The notes beneath the pieces are model-generated. The model saw nothing but the letters and a program-made list of their open reading frames with translations, was not told the DNA's origin and did not search any database. Shown one piece after another: positions 8,235-17,700 of a stretch of 64,000 nt of DNA. Positions within the stretch are counted from its first letter, which is position 1; every line of letters begins with the position of its first letter. Source of the DNA: Acidobacteriota bacterium (lineage in GTDB: Bacteria > Acidobacteriota > Vicinamibacteria > Vicinamibacterales > UBA2999). The DNA lies in the NCBI GenBank assembly GCA_963169195.1, contig CAUJDN010000123.1:1021-65020 (forward strand), in the 5' to 3' direction. The position numbers and the translations under genes are program-made.

Positions 8235-9242
8235 CTAGCGCTGCTCGAAGGTGTCGCGGGCGTCGTTCCAGCGCCAGACGGGGTCGGGCTTCAGGCCGCG
8301 GGAGGCTGGCGACGCCACCAGGTGCACGCCGCCCAGCCAGCGGTCGATGCCGTTGAGCAACACGTGATCCAGTTCGCCGGCGAGCACACGCCGGCCGGCG
8401 TCCGTCAGCGCCAGGCGGGGGGCGGACGGGTCGTCGCGCCACCAGTCCGCATCGTGCCAGCGGCCAGGCGCCGCGCCCTCGGCTCGCATCAGCGGATCAG
8501 CCGCGATGACGAGGGGCCGGATGTGCGACCACCATCCGGCGTCCCCCATGAAGACGGCCTCCTCCACCGCGTGGTTCGCGGCGCGGAATGCGTCGCGAAC
8601 GGGGAGCGGCGATCCCGCCACCGCGGCGAGCGTCTGCCGCTCGGTGCGTGAGAGGCCGTCACGAATCGACGGGAACTGCTCCAGGTGTCGCCGTAGCGAC
8701 GACCTGAGGGAGGGCCACGCTCCAGGATGGTCGAACGACACCAGTCCGGTGGGCTCCGGCGCGCGAAAGCAGTCCCAGGCGTGGGTCGCGGCCGCCCACC
8801 GCCCGGGGCCGAGCGGCTCACGCGCCGCGAACCACGCCGCGAGCTGCTCGTCAGGCTGCGCCGCGAGGTAATCGTCAGCGAGAATCGCCGTGACACGCGC
8901 GATGGCGCCGGTCGCCGCGACACGAATCGGCGCGAGCTGGCTCAGCACCTGGAGGACGTGCAGCTGGTCGTAGAGGTCGTGCTCGAACCACAAGACGATC
9001 TCGTCGCCGGACACGGCCTCGGCCAGCGCCGCATCGCGCGCGGCCAGCGAGCGCTCGATCTGCGCGGCATCGCCCCAATCGACCGCCAGGAACTCCGCCC
9101 GCACCCGCCGCAGCGCCTCGTCGACCAATCCCGCCGGCACGGGACCCTCGTGCAGCACGTCATCCCACGGCACGATGCGGCCCGGCACACCCAGATCGTG
9201 CAGGCGGGAGAGCGCGACAGAGCCGTTGGTGACGTGGAGCAT
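8235..9242 (-). CDS. DUF1835 domain-containing protein
   Basis: ORF 8235..9386. From ATG 9242 it reads MLHVTNGSVALSRLHDLGVPGRIVPWDDVLHEGPVP...EIVLWFEHDLYDQLHVLQVL, the pattern I recognise as the DUF1835 family. The upstream 48 codons are translated repeat. Confidence 0.7.
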   Translation of the reverse strand: MLHVTNGSVALSRLHDLGVPGRIVPWDDVLHEGPVPAGLVDEALRRVRAEFLAVDWGDAAQIERSLAARDAALAEAVSGDEIVLWFEHDLYDQLHVLQVLSQLAPIRVAATGAIARVTAILADDYLAAQPDEQLAAWFAAREPLGPGRWAAATHAWDCFRAPEPTGLVSFDHPGAWPSLRSSLRRHLEQFPSIRDGLSRTERQTLAAVAGSPLPVRDAFRAANHAVEEAVFMGDAGWWSHIRPLVIAADPLMRAEGAAPGRWHDADWWRDDPSAPRLALTDAGRRVLAGELDHVLLNGIDRWLGGVHLVASPASRGLKPDPVWRWNDARDTFEQR

Positions 9243-9337
9243 TCGGGGGTTCGGGGGTTCGGGGGTTCGGGGGTTCTGGGGTTCGGAGGTTCTGGGGTTC
9301 GGGGGTTCGGAGGTTCTGGGGTTCTGGGGTTCTTGAG
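9242..9337. repeat. octamer tandem array TTCGGGGG/TTCTGGGG, 12 units, G-rich on plus strand
   Basis: Read directly from the sequence. The array begins at the DUF1835 start codon and ends 28 nt before the start of the divergent gene at 9365. Confidence 0.9.
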
Positions 9338-9358
9338 GGCATCGCGGGCTGGTATCGT
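9331..9358 (+). promoter_or_regulatory. putative promoter TCTTGA-N16-TATCGT, 6 nt upstream of GTG 9365 (leaderless arrangement)
   Basis: The sequence reads tcttgagggcatcgcgggctggtatcgtagcccc GTG. The -35-like hexamer is the last repeat unit. Confidence 0.35.
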
Positions 9359-9364
9359 AGCCCC

Positions 9365-9682
9365 GTGCTCGCGCCGGTGGTCTCACGGGTTCTGGCGGCC
9401 GCCATTGTCACGGGAGGGCTGGTCCGGGTGACGCTCCTGCTCGGGCCGCCGCCGCCGCCGCGCTGGACCATTACCCACCGCGTCTCCGCACACCGTGCGC
9501 TGGTCGTCGAGGTCGAAACCCGCCACCTGGACGAGGCCGCGGCGATCGCCAGGGCCATCAGCGACGCGGAGCAGCCGCACTTCGACGAGATCCTCGTGTT
9601 CTTCCATTCACCCGGACGCCGCGACATGCTGCGGCGCATCCAGTGGACGCGCGCGCACGGCTACGTCGAGACGATGTACTGA
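9365..9682 (+). CDS. hypothetical small protein with N-terminal hydrophobic segment
   Basis: 105-aa ORF with strong GC3 bias. The N-terminus VLAPVVSRVLAAAIVTGGLVRVTLLL is hydrophobic. A GC-rich hairpin follows the ORF. Confidence 0.55.
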   Translation: MLAPVVSRVLAAAIVTGGLVRVTLLLGPPPPPRWTITHRVSAHRALVVEVETRHLDEAAAIARAISDAEQPHFDEILVFFHSPGRRDMLRRIQWTRAHGYVETMY

Positions 9683-9690
9683 ACGCGACC

Positions 9691-9710
9691 GCCGGGGCCG
9701 AAGCCCCGGC
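9691..9710 (+). terminator. GC-rich hairpin GCCGGGGC-CGAA-GCCCCGGC after the 9365 gene
   Basis: Perfect 8-bp stem with a tetraloop, 9 nt after the stop, in a convergent spacer. Only a short AUU follows, so this is not a classical U-tract terminator. Confidence 0.45.
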
Positions 9711-9796
9711 ATTCCCGGCCCGGCGCCCGCCATCCCCACCGCGAAGCGCGGCCACACCGCAGGCCCACCCGCCGAAACCGGAGGACGCGGCGGGCC

Positions 9797-11377
9797 CTAC
9801 TCCTTCCGCCTCCGCGTCGGCGTCCGCTTCGCTGCGGTCTTCTTCGCGGCGGTCTTGCGGGCCCGCTTCGCCTTCGGCGCGGGCGGCTGGGGCTCGTCCA
9901 CCTCCGCCTGCGAATCGTCGTCCGACAGGGGTGGCGCCATGCGGCCGCCACCCACGCCTCCGATCATCTCGCGCGTGACGTCCACGGCGCCGCCGACAAT
10001 CCGGTTGCCGATGTCATCGTCCGGCAGCTCGTGGCTGGCCGTTGCGGCCGGCGGGGGCATGTCCTCGGGGATCTCCGGGCCTTCGCCGGTTTCCTCGAGG
10101 GCTGACGACCCCGGCTGGCCGCCGGCGAGGATGGACCAGCCGTGCGGGACCGCCACGCGGGGCGTGCCGCCTCCGGCCGCGAACACCCGCAGGCCGCCCT
10201 GCCGGTCGCGCTCGAGCTTCAGGATGCCGTCCTTCTGGCACGCGCGCATCAGCTCCGCAATCGATCCGTACTTCCGCTCGTCGAAGGTCGGGTCGGCCGC
10301 GCGCAGGAACTGCTTGAACTGTCGCGGGTACATCGGCCACCGCGGCTGCGCACCGCCCTCGGTGAGCACCCGGCGCACCAGCGACACGCCTTCGCCCAGC
10401 GAGGCGGCATCCACGGTCTCGCGCCTGGATTGCGATCCCGGCGCTCCGTGCTGATCGTCCTCCTGGCCGCGTCGCGTGTCATCGCCGCTCCGGCGCCGCG
10501 CGTCCCGCGCCGGCTGCTGAGCCTCCGCCGGCACTCCCTCCGCGAGCTCCTCGGCGGCCGGCGCCGCCACGGCCGCGACCGTTCCCTCGATCGGCGTCAT
10601 GGGCGCCGCCTCGACGCCCTCCACGAGCTCCACGAGGGTGCTGCGGCCCTGGTGCTTGAGGGTCACGATGCCGTGCTCGGCGAGCTTGTCGGCGAAATCG
10701 CGAAAGCTGCCGGAACCGTAGTCGCGCTCGGAGAACGACGAGTCGAGCTGGAGCAGGGTGCTCTTGAGCAGGCCCAGCTGCGGTGTGACCTCCCGGTCCG
10801 CCAGCACCTTCAGGGCGCGCTTCACCAGCGGCACCGCAACGTCGATGGCCTGCGAACCCGCGGCCACGCGGGGCCGCTCGCCCCGCTCCTGGCGGTGCGG
10901 GCGCCGGTCGGGCACGACGTTCTCGTAGGCGATGAACTCGGTGCAGTTCTTCTGCATCACCTGGCTGGTGAACGATCGCCCGCCCACGACGAACACCTTG
11001 CGGTCGTACTGCTTGAGCTTCTCGACCAGCGTGATGAAGTCGCTGTCGCCGCCCACGATGACGAAGGCGTTGATGTGCGCGTGGGTGAAGGCCATCTCCA
11101 GCGCGTCGAGCGCCAGGTTGATGTCGGCGCCGTTCTTGTCGCCCCCGGGCGTCATCACACGCTGCACGAGCCGCACCGCATGGTTGGACATCGCGCGGCC
11201 GTAGTCACCCGAGCGCTTCCAGTCGCCGTAGGCGACCTTCGTCACGATCTCGCCGCGCTCCTTGATGGCCTCGAGCACCGCACCGATGTCGAACTGGAGG
11301 CCGAGGGTGGTCTTCACGCCGATCTCGACGTTGTCGAAGTCGATGAAGACCGCAATCTTGAGTTTCTGCTCTGACAT
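9797..11377 (-). CDS. NYN (LabA-like) ribonuclease-fold domain protein with two OST-HTH/LOTUS domains and a basic C-terminal tail
   Basis: KIAVFIDFDNVEIG...GDKNGADINLALDALEMA..VIVGGDSDFITLVEKLKQYDRKVFVVG is the NYN domain. There are two HTH-like blocks (..LGLLKSTLLQLDSSFSERDYGSGSFRDFADKL.. and ..YPRQFKQFLRAADPTFDERKYGSIAELMRACQKDG..). The tail is KAKRARKTAAKKTAAKRTPTRRRKE. Confidence 0.8.
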   Translation of the reverse strand: MSEQKLKIAVFIDFDNVEIGVKTTLGLQFDIGAVLEAIKERGEIVTKVAYGDWKRSGDYGRAMSNHAVRLVQRVMTPGGDKNGADINLALDALEMAFTHAHINAFVIVGGDSDFITLVEKLKQYDRKVFVVGGRSFTSQVMQKNCTEFIAYENVVPDRRPHRQERGERPRVAAGSQAIDVAVPLVKRALKVLADREVTPQLGLLKSTLLQLDSSFSERDYGSGSFRDFADKLAEHGIVTLKHQGRSTLVELVEGVEAAPMTPIEGTVAAVAAPAAEELAEGVPAEAQQPARDARRRSGDDTRRGQEDDQHGAPGSQSRRETVDAASLGEGVSLVRRVLTEGGAQPRWPMYPRQFKQFLRAADPTFDERKYGSIAELMRACQKDGILKLERDRQGGLRVFAAGGGTPRVAVPHGWSILAGGQPGSSALEETGEGPEIPEDMPPPAATASHELPDDDIGNRIVGGAVDVTREMIGGVGGGRMAPPLSDDDSQAEVDEPQPPAPKAKRARKTAAKKTAAKRTPTRRRKE

Positions 11378-11382
11378 TCTTT

Positions 11383-11423
11383 AGGTCCTGAAGTCTTGGG
11401 GGTCCTGAGGTCTTGAGGCTCAG
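11383..11423. repeat. degenerate octamer array AGGTCCTG/AAGTCTTG, about 5 units
   Basis: Read directly from the sequence. It sits between the NYN start (6 nt away) and the MBOAT stop, which it overlaps. Confidence 0.7.
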
Positions 11424-12868
11424 AACTGAAAATAGATGAAGTCGAGGGAAACGCGGCTCCTCAGCACGAGGATGAGCGTCACCATCGCTCCGGCCGCCGC
11501 TGCCTGCAGCAGCGCGCGGGACACGCTGGCGGGGCCCAGGGCCTCCCAGCGCGACTCGGCCCACCGAACGAGGCGCACGCCCCGCTCGCGTCCAAGCGCC
11601 CACAGGTCGTCCAGGAACAGCGGCACACCCCATGTGGCCGCCAGGACGAACAAGTAAACGCCGACCTGCCGCTCCATCATCGTGCTCTCGGCCGGGGAGA
11701 GCACGAGCCATCGGCGCAGGAAGTCGGGGTTGGTCTCTCTGAAGAACAGCCAGCCGGCGAACGCTGCCGATACGGTCAGGACGATCTGGACGATAGCCAG
11801 CGGACCAGGCCACTTCGCGGGAAGCCCCAGGAGCCGCCCGACGGTCCGCGTGACGACTACTAGTGTGCCATGGTACAGGCCCCAAAGCACGTAGTTCCAG
11901 CTGGCCCCGTGCCAGAGGCCGGAAACGAGGAAGGTGGCCATCAGGTTGGCCTCGCGCTGGAGGGCCGGCACGCGGTTCCCGCCGAGCGGGATGTAGACGA
12001 AGTCCCGGAACCACGTCGAGAGCGAGATGTGCCACCGGTGCCAGAAGTCGGAGGGACTGCGGGCGATGTAGGGGTGGTTGAAGTTCAGGATCAGCTCGAA
12101 GCCGAACCACCGGGCCGTACCGCGGGCGATGTCCGAATAGGCCGAGAAGTCCGCGTAGATCTGCAGCCCGAAGGCGAAGACGCCCGCCCAGAGCATCTCG
12201 AACGAGGGGTCCTGGTGGCTGAACACGCGGTTGGCGATCACGCCCACGTTGTCGGCCACCACCAGCTTCTTGAAGAAGCCCCAGACGACGAGCAGCACCG
12301 CATCGCGCGCGCGACCGGTGTCCCACGTGCGCGGCTGCTCGACCTGTACCAGCAGGTTCATCGCCCGCATGATGGGGCCCGCCACGAGGTGCGGGAAGAA
12401 CGCGACGAAGAGCGCGAAGTCCACCGGGTTCCGGCGCGCCTTCATGTGGCCCCAGTAGACCTCCACGGTGTAGCTGAGCGCCTGGAACGTGTAGAAGGAG
12501 ATGCCGGCCGGGAGCACCAGCTCCAGGACCGGCGGAGACACGTCGAGGCCGACGCTGGCGAGCACCTCCCGCACGTTCTCGACGAAGAAGTTGAAGTACT
12601 TGAACACCCCGAGCATGCCGAGGTTCGCCGCGAGGCTCGCGTAGAGGTACGCCTTCTTCCGCCCGGGGTCCTCCTCCATCCGCTGCGCCGCCCAGTAGTC
12701 GACCGTGGTGGACACCAGCATCAGGATGACGAACCAGGGATGCACCCACCCGTAGAACACGTAGCTGGCGCCGAGGAGCCAGATGTTCTGCCAGCGATGC
12801 GGGAGCCGCCAGTAGATCGAGACGACGACCGCGAAGAAGACGAGGAAGTCGAGGCTGTGGAAGATCAT
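11420..12868 (-). CDS. MBOAT family O-acyltransferase (AlgI/DltB-like)
   Basis: 482 aa and polytopic. It begins MIFHSLDFLVFFAVVVSIYW... and carries the conserved His region FWHRWHISLSTWFRDFVYIPLGGNR. Confidence 0.88.
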   Translation of the reverse strand: MIFHSLDFLVFFAVVVSIYWRLPHRWQNIWLLGASYVFYGWVHPWFVILMLVSTTVDYWAAQRMEEDPGRKKAYLYASLAANLGMLGVFKYFNFFVENVREVLASVGLDVSPPVLELVLPAGISFYTFQALSYTVEVYWGHMKARRNPVDFALFVAFFPHLVAGPIMRAMNLLVQVEQPRTWDTGRARDAVLLVVWGFFKKLVVADNVGVIANRVFSHQDPSFEMLWAGVFAFGLQIYADFSAYSDIARGTARWFGFELILNFNHPYIARSPSDFWHRWHISLSTWFRDFVYIPLGGNRVPALQREANLMATFLVSGLWHGASWNYVLWGLYHGTLVVVTRTVGRLLGLPAKWPGPLAIVQIVLTVSAAFAGWLFFRETNPDFLRRWLVLSPAESTMMERQVGVYLFVLAATWGVPLFLDDLWALGRERGVRLVRWAESRWEALGPASVSRALLQAAAAGAMVTLILVLRSRVSLDFIYFQF

Positions 12869-14022
12869 CGCCCTTCGACCGCGCTCAGGCCGCCCCGAGC
12901 CTGGTCGAGGGGGCGGAACAGCGGATCGAGCCGTTTCCGGAAGATCTCCGTGTAGCGGCGGCGATCGTTCACGTGATCGCCGTCACGGTAGAGATCCAGC
13001 GTCATCTCGGGATCGCCGGTGTCGTCGTGGAACAGGGCGCCGTTGGCCTCGAGCCAGGCCTTCAGGTCCGCGACGTAGCGCACGAGCTCGGGCGACTGCT
13101 CCGGCGGACGGTTCCCCACCGGCCGCCGCTGCACGCGGACGAAGCAGACCGGCAGGCCGTGCTCCCGGGAAAGGCCCATGATCAGCGGAAGGACCGACGT
13201 GGGCAGGTCGCGGTGGAAGTCGGGCTCGCCGGTGGTGTCCGTCACCGCGAAGTCCGCGCCCACGTCGTGGCGCAACGTGTCCACCGAGAAGATCTGGTCC
13301 ACGTTCCACTCGAAGCCCTCAGCCGCGCCCGGCTCCGGGTGCTGGCGCCGCACCCACCAGCGCCGAATGGCCGGCTCCATCCACGCGGTGGCGATGTCGG
13401 TCTCATAGGCGTTGGCGATCGTCCGGTGCGTGCGGTGCCAGTCGCCCCTGCGACGCTCGGCCACGAGCCGGTCGAGCTCGGGCTCCTGCCCGGTGGCGAC
13501 GGCGTCCAGGGCACGGCCGTACTGGCCCTCCAGGCGGAACATGGTGTCGGTGAGGTTCGTGTCGCGGAAGAAGATGAACGTCGTGCGCGGCTTCGCGCCG
13601 CTCGGCACCAGCTGGTTCTTGAAGGCGAGGTACCACCACGCTGGCCCGGTGGCCGCGTGATAGAGGAAGGCGACGAGCTCGTCGCCGGTCGTGGAGATGC
13701 GCCCCAGGTGCTCCGGGTCGATCCGCGTCCCCAGCATCGAGTCGCCGATGAACACCCACGCCGGATTGCCTCGCCGCAGCTCGTCAATGGCCTCGGCACG
13801 GAAGGGATCGTGGGGACGTCTAATCTCGAGGGAGGGGAGGTAGCCGAGCGGGGGCAGGTCGCCCACGACCGCGCGGTTCAGCGGCCTGAGAGACAGGGGC
13901 ACCACTAGGATGCCCACTCCCACCAGGAGCAGGAGGATCCAGGGCCGCGCGCGGGAGGCGCTGGCGGGCTCGACCGGACCGGGGGTGCCGGAAGGCCGGG
14001 CCGCATGGGAAGCCGGTGACAC
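12865..14022 (-). CDS. membrane-anchored hypothetical protein, possible SGNH/GDSL-like partner of the MBOAT
   Basis: ATGA overlap with the MBOAT start. It has an N-terminal TM segment (PWILLLLVGVGILVV) and a block-I-like motif AWVFIGDSMLG. The AlgI-AlgJ/X and DltB-DltD gene-pair logic also applies. The start is GTG with no obvious Shine-Dalgarno. Confidence 0.55.
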   Translation of the reverse strand: MSPASHAARPSGTPGPVEPASASRARPWILLLLVGVGILVVPLSLRPLNRAVVGDLPPLGYLPSLEIRRPHDPFRAEAIDELRRGNPAWVFIGDSMLGTRIDPEHLGRISTTGDELVAFLYHAATGPAWWYLAFKNQLVPSGAKPRTTFIFFRDTNLTDTMFRLEGQYGRALDAVATGQEPELDRLVAERRRGDWHRTHRTIANAYETDIATAWMEPAIRRWWVRRQHPEPGAAEGFEWNVDQIFSVDTLRHDVGADFAVTDTTGEPDFHRDLPTSVLPLIMGLSREHGLPVCFVRVQRRPVGNRPPEQSPELVRYVADLKAWLEANGALFHDDTGDPEMTLDLYRDGDHVNDRRRYTEIFRKRLDPLFRPLDQARGGLSAVEGR

Positions 14023-14134
14023 AGGGACTGTAGAAAAAGGGACTCGACCCGGGCTGCTTCACGGGGCCGACCCAGTATAACTGACCGCACGCTCCGGCAC
14101 GGTCATTGCACAATTCTCATCAGAGAGGTTCATC

Positions 14135-14737
14135 ATGCCGGTACTTCGTCTCGCAAAGTGGTCGGCCGTCGGTCTCGTCGTCCTGTCCGTGGGCCTGTCG
14201 GCGCAGGAGCCTTCGACGCAGCAGCTCTACGAGACCGGCCAGTACCAGGCCCTGGTCGATCGCGCCGCCGACGGGCGCGCCGCCACGCCGGAAGACACCT
14301 ACTGGGCGGCGCTGGCGTTCCTGAAGATGGAGAACGGCGCAGCGTCAGGTGCCGAGTATCGCCGCCTGCAAGAGCAGGGCGGCGCCTGGGGTGAGGTTGG
14401 CGCGTCGGGTGTGGCGATGCTCGACCGCAACTACGCCGAGGCCATCGCCGCGGCCGAGCGCGCCGTCGAGATGTCCCCGGATCACCCGTATCTCCAGTAC
14501 CAGCTCGGGCTCTCCGCCCTGGGTGCGGACGACTACGGGATGGCGTCACAGGCGCTGGCCCGGGCCACCGAACTCAAGCCCGACTTCGCCTACGCGCACT
14601 ACTACGCCGGGCAGGCGTTCCAGAAGCTGCACAACCTGTCGAAGGCGTCAGAGCACTACACCTACTTCCTGCGTCTCGCGCCGGAGTCGCCGGACCGTGG
14701 AGCGGTGATGGCCGTGATGAGGGCCATGCGGAAGTAG
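14135..14737 (+). CDS. secreted TPR-repeat protein
   Basis: Signal peptide MPVLRLAKWSAVGLVVLSVGLSAQE. TPR-like helices follow (AIAAAERAVEMSPDHPYLQYQLGLSAL, ALARATELKPDFAYAHYYAGQAFQKL). A GAGAGG Shine-Dalgarno precedes the ATG. Confidence 0.75.
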   Translation: MPVLRLAKWSAVGLVVLSVGLSAQEPSTQQLYETGQYQALVDRAADGRAATPEDTYWAALAFLKMENGAASGAEYRRLQEQGGAWGEVGASGVAMLDRNYAEAIAAAERAVEMSPDHPYLQYQLGLSALGADDYGMASQALARATELKPDFAYAHYYAGQAFQKLHNLSKASEHYTYFLRLAPESPDRGAVMAVMRAMRK

Positions 14738-14744
14738 GGCGCCG

Positions 14745-17700
14745 CTAGAAGATGTGCCCGATCCCGAAGTACCACCGGCCGCTGCCGAGAGCGTTCGCGC
14801 GGCGGCTGGAGGTGCTGAGGGTCGATCCGGGAATGCCGAAGTCCAGTCGAAGCAGGCCCACGGGCGAGTCGATTCGCAAGCCGGCGCCGTAGCCAATCTT
14901 CAGGTCGCTGTCCGAGCCTGGCGCCCCCGGGAAGACGACCTTGCCCGCGTCGAGGAACCCCACGCCGCGCACCCATCGGTAGATCGGGAACCGCACCTCC
15001 TGGTTCAACACCAGCAGGCGGGTCCCCCCCACGGGCAGCCGGAGGAAGATGTCCTCCGATCCCAGCCCGTCTTCCTTGTACCCCCGGACGCTGTTCCCGC
15101 CGCCAGCGTAGAAGCGGTCCGACAGCGGCGGGTCGTCGTTGCCGAAGGCGCGCCCCGCCACGACGCGCGACGCCAGGACGATTCTCCCGAGCGGCACGAA
15201 CACGTACTGCTGGGCCAGGACCCGGCCGAAGCTGACGTCCGCCCCGAGGGCAGACGCGCTGTGCTCGTACGAAACGGACGAGAAGGTCCCCCGCTGCGAG
15301 TTGACCGGGTCGTCGCGGCGGTCGAACAGCGCGGCCGAGGTCAACTTGCCGAGGTTCAGGACCTGGTTGAACGGCTCGAAGTCCTGCGGGTCGGGGTTCG
15401 CCTCGTACGTGTGGTTTCGCGTGAACCGGTACCCGTAGGTCACCTCGAGGCCGCGCCTGCGCCGCCACCGCTGCTCGACGCTGACGCCCACATCGTCGGT
15501 GACGAAGAGCGGAGCGGAGGGATACTGGACGTCCTCGCGGCTGAGGTAGCCGGACACGGTCGACCGCACCGGCAGGCCGAAGAAGCTGGCGTTCGACAGG
15601 AAGACGTTTCCGCGCTGGAAGTCCTTCTCGACGAGCCCGGCCACCCCGGCCGTCACCGCGCGGCCGAACAGGTTCTGGTTCCGCAGCTCGGCAATCGCAC
15701 CGATCTTCGTGGAGAGGCGGCCTTCCTCCTCGCCCTCGAGCGGGTCGTTGCGCTCGCGGTCGCCCTGCACGCCGTAGCGGAGCCGCCAGTGCGGGTACTC
15801 CTCGACCGTCACCACCGCGCGCACGTCCTGCTCGCCACCCTCCGGCTCGCCCAGTGGGACGGCCTGAATGTCCACCGCGCGGAACACGTTCGTGTCGAAC
15901 AGCCGCTTGCGGGCCATCGACCACTCCTCGAGATTCACCGGCTCGCCCAGGCGCAGGCTGAGGGCGCGGTCCACGATGCCTTCGCGCGTGCGCGTGGCGC
16001 CGGTGGTGACCACCTCGCGGAGCACCTGCCGCGGGCCTTCGACCACGGTGAAGGCGAGCGAGACGCTCGCCTCGTCCGGGGCAGGCGACGCCGCCGCGGT
16101 CACCTGCACGGTGTTGAAGCCGTGCTGGCGGTAGTGGCGCGCCACCCGGCCGCGCGCCGCGTCGAGCCCGGGCGCGGTATACGGCTCGCCGGGCACGATG
16201 TCGATCGCGCGTTCGACGGGCGGCCGCTCGTCATCAGAAACGCCTTCGACGCGCACTTCGCCCACAGCGGCCCGCGGCCCCTCCGCGATCGCGAAGGTGA
16301 GCTCATCGGGCCGGCGTTCCGGCATCGCGGCCACCTCGACACGGGCCTGCAGGAACCCCTCTTCCCGGTAGAAGTCCGACAGGGCACCGGCCGCCGCGTC
16401 GGGATCGATCCAGGCGTCCAGCTCCAGGCCCGCCCGCACGATGACGGCCTCCAACTCGCGGGACGACACCTCGCTGTTGCCACGGAACCCGAAGCCGCGG
16501 CGCCCGGCGCGCGCGCCCTGGTTCACGGCGAGATGCAGTGTCTTGGTATCGCCGACCAGCTCCACCGATCCGCGAACGTGTCCGTCGACGTAGCCCGACG
16601 CGAGCAGGTAGCGGCGCAGCCGGTTCTCGGCATCCTGCACGAGGAAGCGGTCGAAGACAGCGCGGGTCCAGGCTTCGGTGATGGCCTCGATCTCGTCCTG
16701 CGGGATCGGCGCTCCCTCGACGATGATCCGCGTGGCCGGCCCCCGGCTCACGGCGTACACCACGGCAATCGAGCCGTCCGGCAAATCGACTCGCCGCCCG
16801 CGCACCCGGGCCTCGAAGTACCCGCCGTCCACGTAGGCGGCCGTCAGCCGATCGAGGTCCCGCTGCCAGTCGTAGAAGCTGAACGCCTCGCCCGCGCGAA
16901 TCCGGACCAGGTCGCGGAGGCTGGCTTCGGTCAGCGGCGCGAGCTCGCCCTCGAACTGGACGCGGGCCACCCGCACCTCGGTCCGAACGACCGCCACACC
17001 CGAGCCGCCAAAGGTCACCTGGTGCCGCAGGCCGAGGCCGAAGCTCGAGTTGTCGCGGGAGACGGCCCGCACCTCGAAGCTGCCAATGGGGAAGTAGCTG
17101 ACCACGAAGGTGGCCCGGCCATTCTCGCGCAGGTTCTGCGACACGGTGAACTCGACGTTGTCGCGGATCCGCTTCGACAGCGTGAGGCGGGTCACCGGGT
17201 CCTCGAGATCCTGCTGGAGCTGCCCGGGATCCTCGCGAAATTCGTCCGGCGTCCCGCCAATGTCGAGACGCAGCGCGTCGAGGCCGAGGCGCTGCCCGGT
17301 GACGCCGAGCAGTTCACCGGACAGCAGCGTGAACGCATTGCCGGTCGTGACGCCGCCGCCGAAGAGCGCGGTGGCGATCTCCTCGCGGCTCCCTCCCTCG
17401 CTGGACGAGAGCTCGACGGACATCTGCTGCGGCGTGCCCTGAACCGTGAGCGTCACCTCGCCCTGGCCGCTGACGCGCGTCTGGGCCTGAACGTCGAGGT
17501 CCGGCTCGATGCGATCGAGGTTGGTGAAGGAGATGTTTCCGCGGTTGATCGTGAACGTGCGCCCCGCCGCGTACACCGTGCCGCCCTCGCGCAGCGTCGC
17601 CCGGCCCGTCAGCGCCGGCTGGCCCACCGTGCCGACGAGGCGCACCTGCGCGCCGCCCTCGAAGCGGCCGTAGTTGTTGTCCACGCGCATGTCCTCGACG

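Noticed and set aside
5467-9337. I considered the tandem arrays as a CRISPR locus, or as coding for PEPQNPRT-type repeat peptides (the N-terminal extensions of ORFs 4014..5666 and 8235..9386).
   Set aside because: The units are 7-8 nt and directly abutting, with no spacers, so this is not CRISPR. The repeat translations occur in several frames and only upstream of well-supported internal start codons with canonical protein N-termini.
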